A stretch of 64,000 nucleotides of DNA from Neoechinorhynchus agilis (lineage: Eukaryota; Animalia; Acanthocephala), in the NCBI GenBank assembly GCA_051530055.1, contig CM121341.1:4876784-4940783 (forward strand), in the 5' to 3' direction. Shown in pieces: positions 1 to 12,609 of this stretch; the stretch's first letter is position 1, and every line of letters begins with the position of its first letter. Below the pieces are notes generated by a model. It was not told the origin of the DNA, searched no databases, and saw only the letters and a program-made list of their open reading frames with translations. The position numbers and the translations under genes are program-made.

Positions 1-3000
1 GCTTGAAATGATGACCATTATCCATGTTACGATGTATGGAATGGCTGTTAGGACACCGTTCTAGACCGCAGAGACTTAGTTTTATCCAAAGAAATCATTA
101 CAGACCTGCTTAATATCGTAGTTTAGTACACTTTTCATATAGGAAGGCGTTTCTGTAAGTAGAGTAAACAACCCGTAATTTGATCCCCAATGACAAACAA
201 ACAATGCCCAACAACGACGAGAAGTGAGCATGTTTTTCCACGGGATTTTCGCGCTTTTTGCATGCTTATGATCTAGCATTTTAGCCTTAATGTATCCGAT
301 TTCCTTATTTGATATTATCCATGAATTCTCAGGCTTGTCTCGGTAAATAATCAGCCATAGTATCAACCACACGGTTTCAAGTATACCTTAAAGATTTCAA
401 AAAAAAATTAAACGACAAAGATTTACTACCTATTAGATAAAATAAACTCGGCCAACCGTCAGGGTGAAAGCCGTTGGTACATAAGTATCCGGCAATTGGA
501 AGGATTATCATCGGTGCCAATTGTGAACCTTTATGAAAAGCTTTAATCTTATTGAAATCACACTTTTCACTCACCAGTCATCGCTATCCCAATCAAAAAA
601 CTACGCTCATTTGTAGGAGCCCACGTTGTCCATACGTGAGAAATCGCTGGTAATATACCACCCTTAAAGACTTTAGTCATTCTAACCAATCTAATGATTT
701 TGAACTTACACATCCGATTCCAATAATAATTCTTAGAACAAACAGCCATACGTGACTGCTTCGAGCAGCGGATGCGAGGTGCAATGATCCAATTATGTTC
801 AATAGCATCAATACAGCAAGTACTTTCTTTGATCCGTATTTCGAAGCCAACAATCCTCCTGGGATTTGTGAAATTATGTAACCGTAGAAAAAGGCGGCCA
901 ATATATTCGATTGAATCCCTTTACTCCATATAAAAGGACCATCCTAGGCAAGGTACATCAATGGAGGTTTTATTACTAAACGACTCGGATATTCATTTTA
1001 TACTTTAGTTTTTTGAAATTTATAAAAATATCTTTGATTTTAATGAAGCGTTAAAAACCGGCCAAAGACACAGCAACAAATTGACTTGTGCTTTCCCCCC
1101 CACCCGCTGAAATTATCTGCTTTTTTATACAAAAACCTAAAAAGACATTGAACATAAAAAAACGGTAACCAAAAACCGATTGAAACGGTTAGAAATTGCA
1201 ACAAAGTTGTTCATTTCCCCGATGAAATTATCTGCTTTTTATACAAAGACTCGAAAAGACATTGAACATAAAAAAACGGCAACCAAAAACTGAGATCCGA
1301 GGTTCAAAACTCTTTTTTTTTCATGTGAATTTTTTGGAAACGTTTAGAATTTGCAACAAATTTGTTCTTTTCCCCGCAGGAATTTTCGCTTTTTACATAC
1401 AAAGACTCAAAAAGACATTGAACATAAAAACGGCAACCAAAAACCGAGATCCAAAGTTCCAAACTCTCATTTTTCATGTGAATTTTTTGAAACGTTTAGA
1501 ATTTGCAACAAATTTGTGCTTTTCCCCGCAGGAATTTTCGCTTTTTATACAAAGACTCAAAAGACATTGAACATAAAAAACGGCAACCAAAAACCGAGAT
1601 CCAAAGTTCCAAACTCTAATTTTTCATGTGAATTTTTTTGAAACGTTTAAAATTTGCAACAAATTGTCTTTTCCCCGCTGGAATTTTCGCTTTTTATACA
1701 AAGACTCGAAAAGACATTGAACATAAAAACGGCAACCAAAAACCGAGATCCAAAGTTCCAACTCTCATTTTTCATGTGAATTTTTAAACCGAGATCCAAA
1801 GTTCCAAACTCTTAATTTTTCATGTGAATTTTTTTAAACGTTTAGAATTTGCAATGAAAAACCGAGATCCAAAGTTCCAAACTCTCATTTTTCACGTGAG
1901 TTTTTTTAAAACGTTTAGAATTTGCAACAAAGTTGTTGATTTCCCCCTGAAATTTTCGCTTTTTATACAAAGACTCGAAAAGACATTAAACATAAAAAAC
2001 GGCAACCAAAAACCGAGATCCAAAGTTCCAAGCTCTCATTTTTTCATGTGAATTTTTTTAAAACGTTTAAAATTTGCAACAAAGTTGTACTTTTCCCCGC
2101 TGGAATTTTCGCTTTTTACATACAAAGACTCGAAAAGACATTGAACATAAAAAAACGGCAACCAAAAACCGAGATCCAAAGTTCCAAACTCTCATTTTTT
2201 CATGTGAATTTTTTGAAACGTTTAGAATTTGCAATAAAAAACCGAGATCCAAAGTTCCAAACTCTAATTTTTCATGTGAATTTTTTTAAAACGTTTAGAA
2301 TTTGCAACAAATTTGTCTTTTTCCCGCTGGAATTTTCGCTTTTTACATACAAAGACTCGAAAAGACATTAAACATAAAAAACGGCAACCAAAAACCGAGA
2401 TCCAAAGTTCCAAACTCTTAATTTTTCATGTGAATTTTTTTTAAACGTTTAGAATTTGCAATGAAAAACCGAGATCCAAAGTTCCAAACTCTTAATTTTT
2501 CATGTGAATCTTTTTAAACGTTTAGAATTTGCAATGAAAAACCGAGATCAAAGTTCCAAACTCTCATTTTTTCATGTGAATTTTTTAAACGTTTAGAATT
2601 TGCAATGAAAAACCGAGATCCAAAGTTCCAAACTCTCATTTTTTCACGTGAGTTTTTTTAAAACGTTTAGAATTTGCAACAAATTTGTGCTTTCCCCGCA
2701 GGAATTTTCGCTTTTTACATACAAAGACTCGAAAAGACATTGAACATAAAAAACGGCAACCAAAAATCGAGATCCAAAGTTCCAAACTCTAATTTTTCAT
2801 GTGAATTTTTTTGAAACGTTTAAAATTTGCAACAAAGTTGTACTTTTCCCCGCTGGAATTTTCGCTTTTTACATACAGACTCGAAAAGACATTGAACATA
2901 AAAAAACGGCAACCAAAAACCGAGATGCAAAGTGCAAAACTCTCACTTTTTCATGCGAAAAACTTGAATCGCTTTCAAAATTCCTGCGAAATGAGTTCGT

Positions 3001-3250
3001 TACCGACCTTTCCAGTAGAATTAAATCCGGGACATGAATGATTGAACGTTTTATTCATGTTGACTGCTGTGTGATTGATCATACAAACAATATTGATGCT
3101 TATATCAATCTTTCCGGCGAATTGACAAAACACACAGAACATTAGCAACAAGGTCATTAGAAATCTCGCACTAAAGATAATTTGCAGAGTCGATGCATTG
3201 TCCAGGTCGTTGGAACTTATCGATTCTTTAATCTTACTGTTGACTTTCAT
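1..3250 (-). CDS. SLC17 / sialin-like MFS anion transporter, multi-exon, 3' end runs off the window
   Basis: Spliced reading: exon 3250-3008 (FSARFLMTLLLMFCVFCQFAGKIDISINIVCM), GT-AG intron 3007-944, then DGPFIWSKGIQSNILAAFFYGYIISQIPGGLLASKYG, GGILPAISHVWTTWAPTNERS, GWPSLFY and IPWKNMLTSRRCWAL. These are typical SLC17 motifs. The other introns are 43-47 nt. Confidence 0.9.
1060..2960. repeat. Satellite A: ~150-bp tandem repeat with ~65-bp sub-repeat expansions, inside SLC17 intron 1
   Basis: aaaccgagatccaaagttccaaactc recurs at about 1441, 1590 and 1740. A shorter ...gaatttgcaatgaaaaaccgagatcc sub-unit is tandem at about 2460-2640. Confidence 0.95.
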
Positions 3251-3409
3251 TTTGTCGAGTAAATGTCAGCTTTGTTCATTTTTAAATGTGTACGATGACT
3301 CGAGTCGCATTTTGTCTTTTCCGCATTTACTCACACTGACGACTATTCCCTTTTTCCATGGATTAATGATCGAAAAGATCGCGATTCCCTTAATAAATAA
3401 ACCAAAAAA

Positions 3410-4030
3410 TGATATTGAAAAATTTCGCCGATGTATACAAAAAAATTCACGTAATTAAAGATTCCCAAAATGATGAAAATTTTCACACTGGAAAGTAAGA
3501 CATCAATTTTTCTTAAAGATTAAAATTAAAATTTCGCCGATTTATACAAAAAATCCACGTAATTAAAGATTCCGAAAATGATGAAAATTTTTAGATTGGA
3601 AAGTAAGACATCCATTTTTTCTAAAAGATTAAAATTAAAATTTCGCCGATTTATACAAAAAATCCACGTAATTAAAGATTCCGAAAATGATGAAAATTTT
3701 TAGATTGGAAAGTAAGACATCCATTTTTTCTAAAAAATTAAAATTAAAATTTCGCCGATTTATACAAAAAATCCACGTAATTAAAGATTCCGAAAATGAT
3801 GAAAATTTTTAGATTGGAAAGTAAGACATCCATTTTTTCTAAAAGATTAAAATAAAAATTTCGCCGATTTATACAAAAAATCTACGTAATTAAAGATTCC
3901 CAAAATGATGAAAATTTTTTGACAGGAAAGTAAGACATCCATTTTTCTTCAAGATTAAAATTTCGCCGATGTATAAAAAAATCCACGTAATTAAAGATTC
4001 CTAAAATGACGATCATTTTTGGATTGGAAA
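3410..4030. repeat. Satellite B: ~109-bp tandem repeat, 5-6 copies
   Basis: tttcgccgatttatacaaaaaatccacgtaattaaagattcc repeats with a period of about 109 bp. Confidence 0.95.
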
Positions 4031-4496
4031 GTAAGATATCCATTTCTTCTTATCGATATTTTTATATTTAATATTCCATATTTAGCACATATCTATAATT
4101 TCATCAAAAATATTTCCGCTTCAATGTTGAACCCGAATCATTAATAACAAAATATAGCAGAAGGTCTTTTATACGCGAATTAATTGCGATCGGACACCAT
4201 TTTGATAAGAGATTTTTTGTTTTTGACTAAAAATATCAAAGTTCCGGTAGCAAAATCTTGTTAGAATTACATAATTTGAGCTCTTCTTTTTTGTCGTTAT
4301 TGAAAATAATTTAACAAAATAAATTAAAACGAAGACGATCCAAGATATACATTTTAATTACTTTAGGATATCGGCGAAACGATCAATTGCTCAAAATAAA
4401 TTTATATTTGAGTTGAATATAAACGAAAACGTCTGGAATGCGTGCTCAAATCATTGATTCGAATTTACATAAACGGATCGGTGAAACATCGAAGTT

Positions 4497-4679
4497 TCAC
4501 AAAAGGTCTAATAAAGTAATATAAAACGACGCCGGAGATGCAAATCTTTGGCCATCGTACAATCCATAAGTCCTTAGTCCGAAGACGAGGAAATAAAGAG
4601 TATAAAGAAGCTGGTACTTGCCAAACCCACAAATCGTTAAAATTCCGGAAAATTCCATCGATTTTTCCGCCATAAACAA
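4497..4679 (-). pseudogene. Possible N-terminal fragment of an SLC22/SV2-like MFS transporter
   Basis: MEFSGILTICGFGKYQLLY resembles the GFG(K/R)(F/Y)Q N-terminal motif of SLC22/SVOP proteins. It stops after 60 aa with no downstream exons found. Confidence 0.3.
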
Positions 4680-6131
4680 ACGTCAATAATTCAACCTTAA
4701 AATATGTCAATTATTTTGTTAACGAATAGTAATTTTTTTCATTGCGCCGACGAAATAAAAATCGACATTCTAAATAAGTTTGCATTTTAACAACTCGTTT
4801 TCGCAACTTAAACAAGAAAAGATGTCTTCACTTTTCACTTTATTGTCTCCTTTGTTTTAGTCGCCTGGTTTTAGATTTTAATTAAAGGATTTTCGAAGGT
4901 CAGGTTGTTTTTTCGAGCCTTTATTAGAAAAATACAATGCCGGATTATTATTGACTAATTTATTATAATTCTGTTATCCGTTATCCGTCTAAATATTCGT
5001 AATAAAGTAGTCAATTTAAATCTGAGGTGTTATAACTACCAAAACCAAGTTTTTTTTCTCCGAAGAAAATAAGCCAAAACATCAAATCAAACCCTTTTTG
5101 AATTTGCCATTTACTTCAGCCTTGTCGAGTTCAGCCGTTTTATTGAATGATTGCTGTCTAAAAGTGAACTTCTATGATTATTTCCATTTTATTTCAAATT
5201 AATCGACGAATGTTTCGTAAATTAATAGTTTTGTTTTCTTAGCTTCTGTTGTTGGAAAAAATTATAACGAAATGGACATAATAGATAAAAAAAAATGATT
5301 TACTTTGCAATCTGTGAAGATTTCGCGGAGGCTTTAAATCCTTGGTATGGAGATTTAGGCAGCGAGCATGTATCCGTCAATGGTTGCAAACAATCCCTCT
5401 TGTTTCTCATTTTTAGTTGTGAGAATTCATAACTGTTTAATTTCAGAATCTCGTGAGCTGGTGAACCGAACTCGATTGTCGGCATCTCCCAATCGCCTTT
5501 TTTATGTGCCGTCCGACGAAACAGTAAAGATCGCAGTGCCCAACTGAAACTTAAGATGCGGTCTTGGAACAATCGGGACGATTTAGCCTCGTCCGTCGGT
5601 AATCAGCTGGAAGGCACGAGACGCCGAAGTGAGCGCAATTCTCTAGTCGTGTTCTTAATACTGGGAATGCTCAACTTCGCCGACTCGATGGCCGTATACC
5701 GGATGATTTTCTCAAATGCTCTAAATCATTATATCGTTTCCTTTGGGTTCGAGACATTCCGATCGTTTGGTAATTCGGGGTAGGACTTAGACGAATCACT
5801 TATCATCCGAGGGCATTATCATTGGTGGAACGCTGAATTCGCCCTTTTGACCATCCACGAATTCAGTTTAGTGGTCCAGAGCGATAATGTGAATGTTTTT
5901 CGAATTCTACTTGTTGGAAAAGTTAGTCATGATAATTTTTACTATATAGAAAATACGAGTGGTTTCATGAGTTTCTTTAAGTAAAAATTCTAAACTGCTA
6001 GAATAATTCACGTAATTATTTGAAAAGCTTGTCTACAGCAAATTGGGAAAGGCTTTTACAATTTAGTTACCATGGATTCGCTAAACTAATTCATAAGATC
6101 TAAAAACATTTTAGTGCTTTTAAGTTCGGGC

Positions 6132-8172
6132 ATGGACGAAGAAAATCTTGTCATGAAAAATGAAGCCGAACTCCGGAGCTATTCTGGTGTAGATTCTCAA
6201 ACATTTGAACCGGTCCAATCGAGAGTGATAGTCGTTAACGCGAGTGATCCTACTTTGCCGGAATCAAACTTTGAATGCATAGAGGAAAATCCGTTTTTTG
6301 GCCGAATCCAAGGGCAACTCGACACTGGAGAAGTGAGTACTGATTGTCGTCCCTGAGGCATACTTTGCGAGAATCAGTAGATAAACTTTATTGGTTCTCT
6401 TCGTGCTTTTGGCGAAATATACACCGATCACCTTCTGGGCCAAGATTTACCGGTTGATAAACTGAACGCTGATATTGATGCAGCAATACGCCAAAGCTCA
6501 GATTTTCTTAAACTGCCACTGTATTATCTTTTCAAAGGACTTGGTTTGTTTGATAAACTTAAAGATAAACGAAACGACGTTGAGAGTAACATCACTCAGT
6601 TAATCAGCTTCATTCTTGAACATGGGAACATCTCCGATCTCGATCGAATCATGACAATATGTTCCAGGATTTACGACAACGAACTCATCAGACGTTTATT
6701 ATATCTGATAAAAAAGTTTGAAGTTTCACAGGAACTGGGAGATGCTGCTAAACATACTTTAGATCCAAGTGAACTGGAGCATCTTGATCAAGTTTGTCAA
6801 GTGTTGAACACTTCAAAGCTCAATAGTCTCAAAGAATTGTTTAATCATCTTTATCGAAGTATAACTCCGTACACCTCGCAGTTTTCCATTGACGATCCCA
6901 TTCAAGTAAAGGAATATATAAAACATTCCTTTAAACAGAGACTGGAATCCGACTCTTACTTTGGTCTTCAGCAAACTCTTAATTTCTTTAAACACAAACT
7001 TGGTAATAGTCTTCGAAAAGAGTTCAATCAAATGGAATCCTCTATTCTATTGATGAGAAACCTCAATAATGATGACTACAACGTGTATTTGGATTTACTT
7101 AGGAAACGGCTAATTGCAATGCCCTTAAAAGGACGCATTAAGTTGTTCGATGAGCTTGTCAGTCGAGAGGTAGTTCGACGAAGATTCGGGAAGGAGAATT
7201 TAGAAGCGTCGTTAAGTGCAATGAGTTTCACTTTTGAAATTAAGAAAATTCCTGCTCGAATTTTTGTTGGTTTTTATTGCTAGGTTTGCTTATTTTTCTC
7301 AAAACAATTCAATGTCTGGAGGTTTGGTGCTTTAAGACAATCAATTGAAATACGTTTTAGCCTGCAGTCAAACCCATTGCAGCATAGAGGATCTCTCACG
7401 CATTCTGAAAAATAAAGGAGTTTATATCGTAAAACAGAGATTGAAGCGATCAAAGATCCGCGGAGTTTCTCTAATTTTGAAATGGATGCAGGAACTATCC
7501 GATTATGGAAAATCTAAGACGAAATTAGACATGGATGTATCGGTACTGAAAGGCGTCCTGAAGAGCTGGGTTGAAACAGAAGTAAAGAAACTAGAATTGT
7601 TTGAAATCGACATGATGATAGAAAAGTGCATTTTCTTCGGTTATATAACAGCTAAATCCGTGACATCGAAGCCACACGACGAAATCTTATCCAATGTTAT
7701 TATTAGTATTCTTTGGCAAGATCCGGTGAAGTTGATGAGAGATGCGAATTTAATTCCTCGAGAGGCTGAGCGGATTTTCACTATGTTTAAGGAACCAAAC
7801 GATCAAGAGTTAATTAAAGCAGTCATTGGGTTAATAAAGAAAGAAGCTCAGGACGAGAGAAAATTTGGCATCGTTGTACCGTTTTTAAAACAGTTCTTAC
7901 CAGTACCCAAAGATGTGCATAATTCAAAAAAACGAGCAACTTATCTAAACAAATCTCTAGGTATACTTTCTAGAGATCCAAATATTAAGGTATTAAATGG
8001 TCTAATAGATTCCCTTGCGTTGGAAGTTCCAGACTTTGTGGACGAATGGCTTCAAAGTTCACTGGAATTGAGCTCAGTTCATGGTAGCATTTTTGGAATG
8101 GATGAAACACTTGATGCCGCACCAAAGACATTCTTTGATGGTGAATTAAAAGATTATGGTATAGACGATTAA
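6132..8172 (+). CDS. Multi-exon hypothetical protein, helical and leucine-rich
   Basis: ATG at 6132, a 48-nt GT-AG intron (gtgagt...cagtag) in phase with a long ORF to about 7280, then a 275-aa ORF ending at 8172. The second junction is unresolved and no family was recognised. Confidence 0.65.
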
Positions 8173-8821
8173 GTGTGTTATCTCGAATTTAAATTTTAAA
8201 TTTGTCGACATTTACGGACACATCATTTTTTAGCGCAAAATATCATTTGCTTCAACGTTATAATTTTCGCATTGCACTCATAAAATATTAAATTGTTGAG
8301 ATTTTAAAGTACACACGATAAGAAATTGAATATTTCTACTGTATCTCTAAAGAATGAATATAAATTGTGACCTTGATTGACCTTTTCCATCTTATTTTGA
8401 GTGAAGGAAACAGCATTATTTATCTGCCAATTACTTTAATTTCTAATGAGATTTCGCAGTATTAAATCTCAACGCAATTTAATCGGTTTTAAATGCAAAG
8501 CAAATTTTAGCGTTTCATTGCGTTTTCCCAAAAAAAATTTCTTTTTTTCCTCCATTTCGTCCAATTCTGCAACTATGGTCATAATTGTTCGGCAGCTTCC
8601 TCGATGGCCACGGCATTGCCGCGCTGATTCGCTGCAACAGGAAGCTGATGGAGCGCATGTCTCTACCAGCATTTTTATTGGTCACTCGTGTAATTAAGTT
8701 TGTTTCATCATTTCCGGAATCAATTTCACGATCATTATAAAACTGCTCACGTGACCAAATAATTATCACGGTCTCTGTGCATTAGAAAAAGTCATAGAAA
8801 TCTTAATCTACTCACTTCGCA

Positions 8822-9448
8822 ATGACAGCTAAACTATTGATTTTTATTCTTCTCGCCTCGCTGGACTGTTCTATGACTTTACGAGTTTGGAAAACAGTAC
8901 GAATCAAATCACGAACTGCGGCTTTACCGAGAACATCTGAAAAGTGTTCATCCGATAACAAAGATAATGCTGGTAATTGTATTTTAGCAAATGATCAAGT
9001 ATCTCCGGATTATGTATTTAATCGTTCTTCAATAATCCAAAGAGTGAAAGCAACGATCTTAAATTTTTCCCGCTCAAATGAAACAACGGAACAGTCGTCT
9101 TCGAAAGGAAAAGAAGCCGTAAATCCAAGCAAAATTATGCTTGTAAAATTCTCGAACATAACGTCGGAAAACTACAATTTATCATCATTAACAGCTAATC
9201 AAATTCTTAACTTAACGGAAAGTTCTAAAACAAACGACTCAAAAAGTTTTGTTTTCATATATTTCAAATACAAAATGACTCCTGAGCGAATCAAAGGTTT
9301 CTATGCTGTGCTCGGAGTGGCCTGTTTCCTAATTGTTTGTAATATTATAGCGGTTCCTTTGTGTTTGTATAAGATGAGACTGCAACGCTTGGAAAAAGAA
9401 GAGCAAATAAGGCAGTTTTATATAAGAAAACTCAAACGAGGATATTAA
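8822..9448 (+). CDS. Predicted single-pass type I membrane glycoprotein
   Basis: Hydrophobic signal peptide (MTAKLLIFILLASLDCS), several N-x-S/T sequons, TM segment FYAVLGVACFLIVCNIIAVPLCLY and a basic tail. Confidence 0.7.
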   Translation: MTAKLLIFILLASLDCSMTLRVWKTVRIKSRTAALPRTSEKCSSDNKDNAGNCILANDQVSPDYVFNRSSIIQRVKATILNFSRSNETTEQSSSKGKEAVNPSKIMLVKFSNITSENYNLSSLTANQILNLTESSKTNDSKSFVFIYFKYKMTPERIKGFYAVLGVACFLIVCNIIAVPLCLYKMRLQRLEKEEQIRQFYIRKLKRGY

Positions 9449-9893
9449 TTAGTTAATAAATTTGTGTAGCCAATCACAGTGTGCAAATTCTTCCCTTACG
9501 TGCACAATGTTACCGTTATTTAGGGTTTGAAATTTAACCAATGAAAGACGTAATATTTCATTCGACGATGAATTGGAATATTTAACAAACATCATAAATG
9601 GAATTGATTTGTTCAAGTAAATACTCAAAACCGTCATTAAATGTAAGAAAAAACCAATATTATAAAAAAATCAGATTGACATGAATTGTAGTTTAAAACA
9701 AAAGTTCACGTCTTGTAACAAGGCGGATTCTTCCTTCGATGTGGATCTTTGTCTTAAATACAAAGTAGAATTCGGCAGGATATTTGCCAATGCCCGGATT
9801 CAAGCTGCTGATTTCAGTCCTAAACTCATTTCGTTTAGACAAATCTATTAAACAGTAAATGGATTTCACTAGACGGCGGTCTGAATCTGCCAT
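9449..9893 (-). CDS. Hypothetical two-exon small protein
   Basis: Two adjacent same-strand ORFs (9893-9693 and 9637-9449) with protein-like composition, divergent from BCCIP. No family recognised. Confidence 0.3.
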
Positions 9894-10397
9894 TTGGCAC
9901 TGGTAAAGAGCTCATTTGTAAAATACCATTAAATTTGTTAATTAACAGGCATCCGTCATAAAGTTCAATTTCTTTTAAGTAATTCGCTGAAAAACAAACT
10001 CGCCTTTTCGACTAAAATTTCTTAGTAGATCCGCATATTATTCGAAAAAACAGAATCTATTGTTTCGAATTATAAATTAATTGTTTGAAATAAAATTAGA
10101 AAGCAATTTTACGAAGAATTTCCTTCAAGAACCTGACGATGATCTTCACCTTGATTGCAACTATCAATCTAAGTAGTTATTTTCATGTCCACGGGACTCC
10201 CGAGTTGTTTAGGATGAAAAGTATATGAGTTCTTTGATATTCGTCCGGCAGTTCAATAGAAATATTCATGGTTATTTGAATAAATCTCAAGTTTTTCTTT
10301 TTTGTCGCTTATTTACTGAAGCTCTTAATACTTTAGGCCCAAGCGCCAAAATTTCCGTTTGACCAATAAGCGAAGAACGCAGAGCTTTTCATTTAAG

Positions 10398-11031
10398 ATG
10401 TCTAAGAAAGCAAAAGTAGAGGAAGAAGTGAATTCTAGCGAATTGATTGACATTGAGTTCGACGCATATCCTCCTTCGGAACGATTTCGTAATGGAATTC
10501 AATTTCTTCTTAAGCAATTCGATTTCATAAAATCCCTTAAGAGCGAAAGTGAGGATGTGGTAGAAAAGCTTACGGATTTAATGATCGAACAGCATCCAAT
10601 TGGTAGTGTGATAATCGAAGCGGACGACGACGATGCAGACCAAAATATCGACGAAGACATTTCAGTATTTGCGCTTTTGACCGTTGTTCCTTTAGAAGAT
10701 ACTCGGCTCGACTCGGTATTTAATCTTTTTTGTGTGAATAAATCAGCACCCAGAAGCGATTGTTGTCTTTTGATAAACCTTCGAGTTCCAGGTCTTCCTG
10801 TGGACTATATGCTGCTTTCTCTTAAAGACCTCCTTTCCGATCTCAATGATAGACCTTTCAAATATTGGATCCTTTTTGAAGATCAATGTGGACTTTTCTG
10901 AAGACAATTTTGAAAACGTTTGCTATGATCGTTGGACTATTAAAGGATCGACATCGCGAGTGATGGTCTTTGAAGCGAGTACAGTTGAGAATCGTCTAGT
11001 GAAGTCTTTGGAAAAGTCTATAAAGAAATGA
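10398..11031 (+). CDS. BCCIP: BCCIP/BCP1 family protein with an apparent +1 frameshift in a T run at about 10873-10877
   Basis: IEFDAYPP..GIQFLLKQ, LTDLMIEQHPIGSVI, acidic stretch, VFALLTVVPL, CLLINLRVPGLP and FKYWIL. The C-terminus (..SRVMVFEA..KSLEKSIKK) is in the overlapping frame. AATAAA follows at about 11061. Confidence 0.8.
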
Positions 11032-12138
11032 TTAAAATGTAACAATCAATGAATCGATGAAATAAATTGAAATTTCTCTTTTTATGAGTTTAGATGTAAA
11101 AAGCGCGTTTGTTATAAACTCATTCTAAGAAAAAAATATATTAACGCTGATTAATTGCCGTTAACCGATATCCTGATTCCTCCCGCAAATGTAGAAAAAG
11201 AGTGATTTATTGACGTTCTTTGGAGAATTTAAAGCTTGAATTAAATGAATTAACAAACTTTTTAAGCATTATTTCTGCTTTAGGCCAAAAAAATCAAAAG
11301 AATGCCGTTATTTTTAGTGGTTTAAATTCAGAATTAATAAGTATTTTAGTATATTGTTTATTTGATACAACAGACAAGAAAACACAATCGGAATTCATTT
11401 AAAAGTCAAAAAATTATTTGAACCTGAATTTTGCGGCTTTATCTTCGATGCGGTTTTCTTATATCATAAAACAAAGCATAAAACGATTTTTAATTCTTTA
11501 CGAATGACTCTTAAAAGTTTTTTAGGACAAAGATTTTTTAGAAGAGTATCATATAAAATTGATTTTTAATACCTTTCATCGAATATATTGATTTCCTTCA
11601 CAGCATCGAGCACACAATAAACGCAATAAAATAATTAAGAAAGTTTATCGTTGAAAATGGCAGCTCAAATCGATTCGTGATTTTGTGGAGACAGAAAGAG
11701 CGATAAAAACGCGATTAAGAAAAGAACACTTCGAAAAGTTTTATTTACTTGTTCTCATTTCCTTCGTTCACTTTTATAATCTTAACGAAGGTCCGGCGCA
11801 CCTATTGAACGAGGCCGTTGATAAACACAAAATTAAATACTGATTTTATTCATTAATAGATTAATAAGAGTCATTGTTTCAATGTCAAAAAAGTTAGAAC
11901 GCTGATTAATCAGTGGATCTACGGCGATCTGCCAAGAAACCAAGCTTGGTAAGCTCATTTTAAGTCAACAAAACAAAAAAACGCTAACAAAATGGTATCC
12001 AAAACATCAACCTCGATGCTGATAAATATTTGTCCATTTATTTACCATTGTTTGTTCATGGCGATTTACGGATAAAGCGGAACGATTCGAACTTGTTCAA
12101 TGTGAACTCTCTCTTGGTGTTGTTCTGACCTCGATCAA

Positions 12139-12609
12139 ATGCATTCCTCTGCAGAAATAGTGAACGGCGCAATCAGTGAATGGGACCACGCAAGTTATGC
12201 GGATTTAATAGAAGCAGCGCTCGAGCACAGTTTGACCGGCAGATTGCGGGTCAATGAAATCTACGAATGGATTCAGGACAATATCCCATATTTCCAACAA
12301 AGAACAGATAGCAAGTCGTGGAAAGGATCGATCAGGAATACACTGTCTTATTGTCAAAGATTCAGGAAAATTCCGGTTCGAGGAAGACCGAGGAAATCGT
12401 TTTGGGCGATCAATGATAACAGGACGAGTGGTCGACTGTGGCGACCAAAAGGACGACAACAAATTGTCGAGGAATCAAGGATTCAGCGTCCTCATCTGAA
12501 TGGAAATGCATCTCAAATACTTCAGCAGGACAATTCAAGAATCTGCGAACAGGAGAACTTAGCGGTTTCCGATCAAGTGATGCCAAACGGCCACCGAGAA
12601 TCAGAGTGA
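12139..12609 (+). CDS. Intronless forkhead (FoxO-like, divergent) protein, paralogue 1
   Basis: WDHASYADLIEAAL..RLRVNEIYEWIQDNIPYF..SWKGSIRNTLS..F.K.P..KSFWAIN matches the forkhead fold. SYADLI and IYEW..NIPYF are most like FoxO. Confidence 0.88.
   Translation: MHSSAEIVNGAISEWDHASYADLIEAALEHSLTGRLRVNEIYEWIQDNIPYFQQRTDSKSWKGSIRNTLSYCQRFRKIPVRGRPRKSFWAINDNRTSGRLWRPKGRQQIVEESRIQRPHLNGNASQILQQDNSRICEQENLAVSDQVMPNGHRESE

Noticed and set aside
1262-3041. Many 60-107-aa ORFs (KNRDPKFQTL..., MNFFKTF...)
   Set aside because: They are translations of satellite A monomers and lie antisense within an intron.
1060-4030. Regular repeats as a possible CRISPR array
   Set aside because: The monomers are contiguous with no unique spacers, there are no cas genes, and the context is eukaryotic.
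5300-5930. GC-richer segment with short ORFs on both strands
   Set aside because: No consistent spliced frame or motif was found, and the paralogue is truncated at 22240.
8446-8769. Three overlapping short ORFs
   Set aside because: I cannot tell which frame, if any, is real, and no motif is present.
11220-11770. 60-aa ORF and broken coding-like frames
   Set aside because: TTG start, frequent stops and no recognisable family. At most an unidentifiable remnant.
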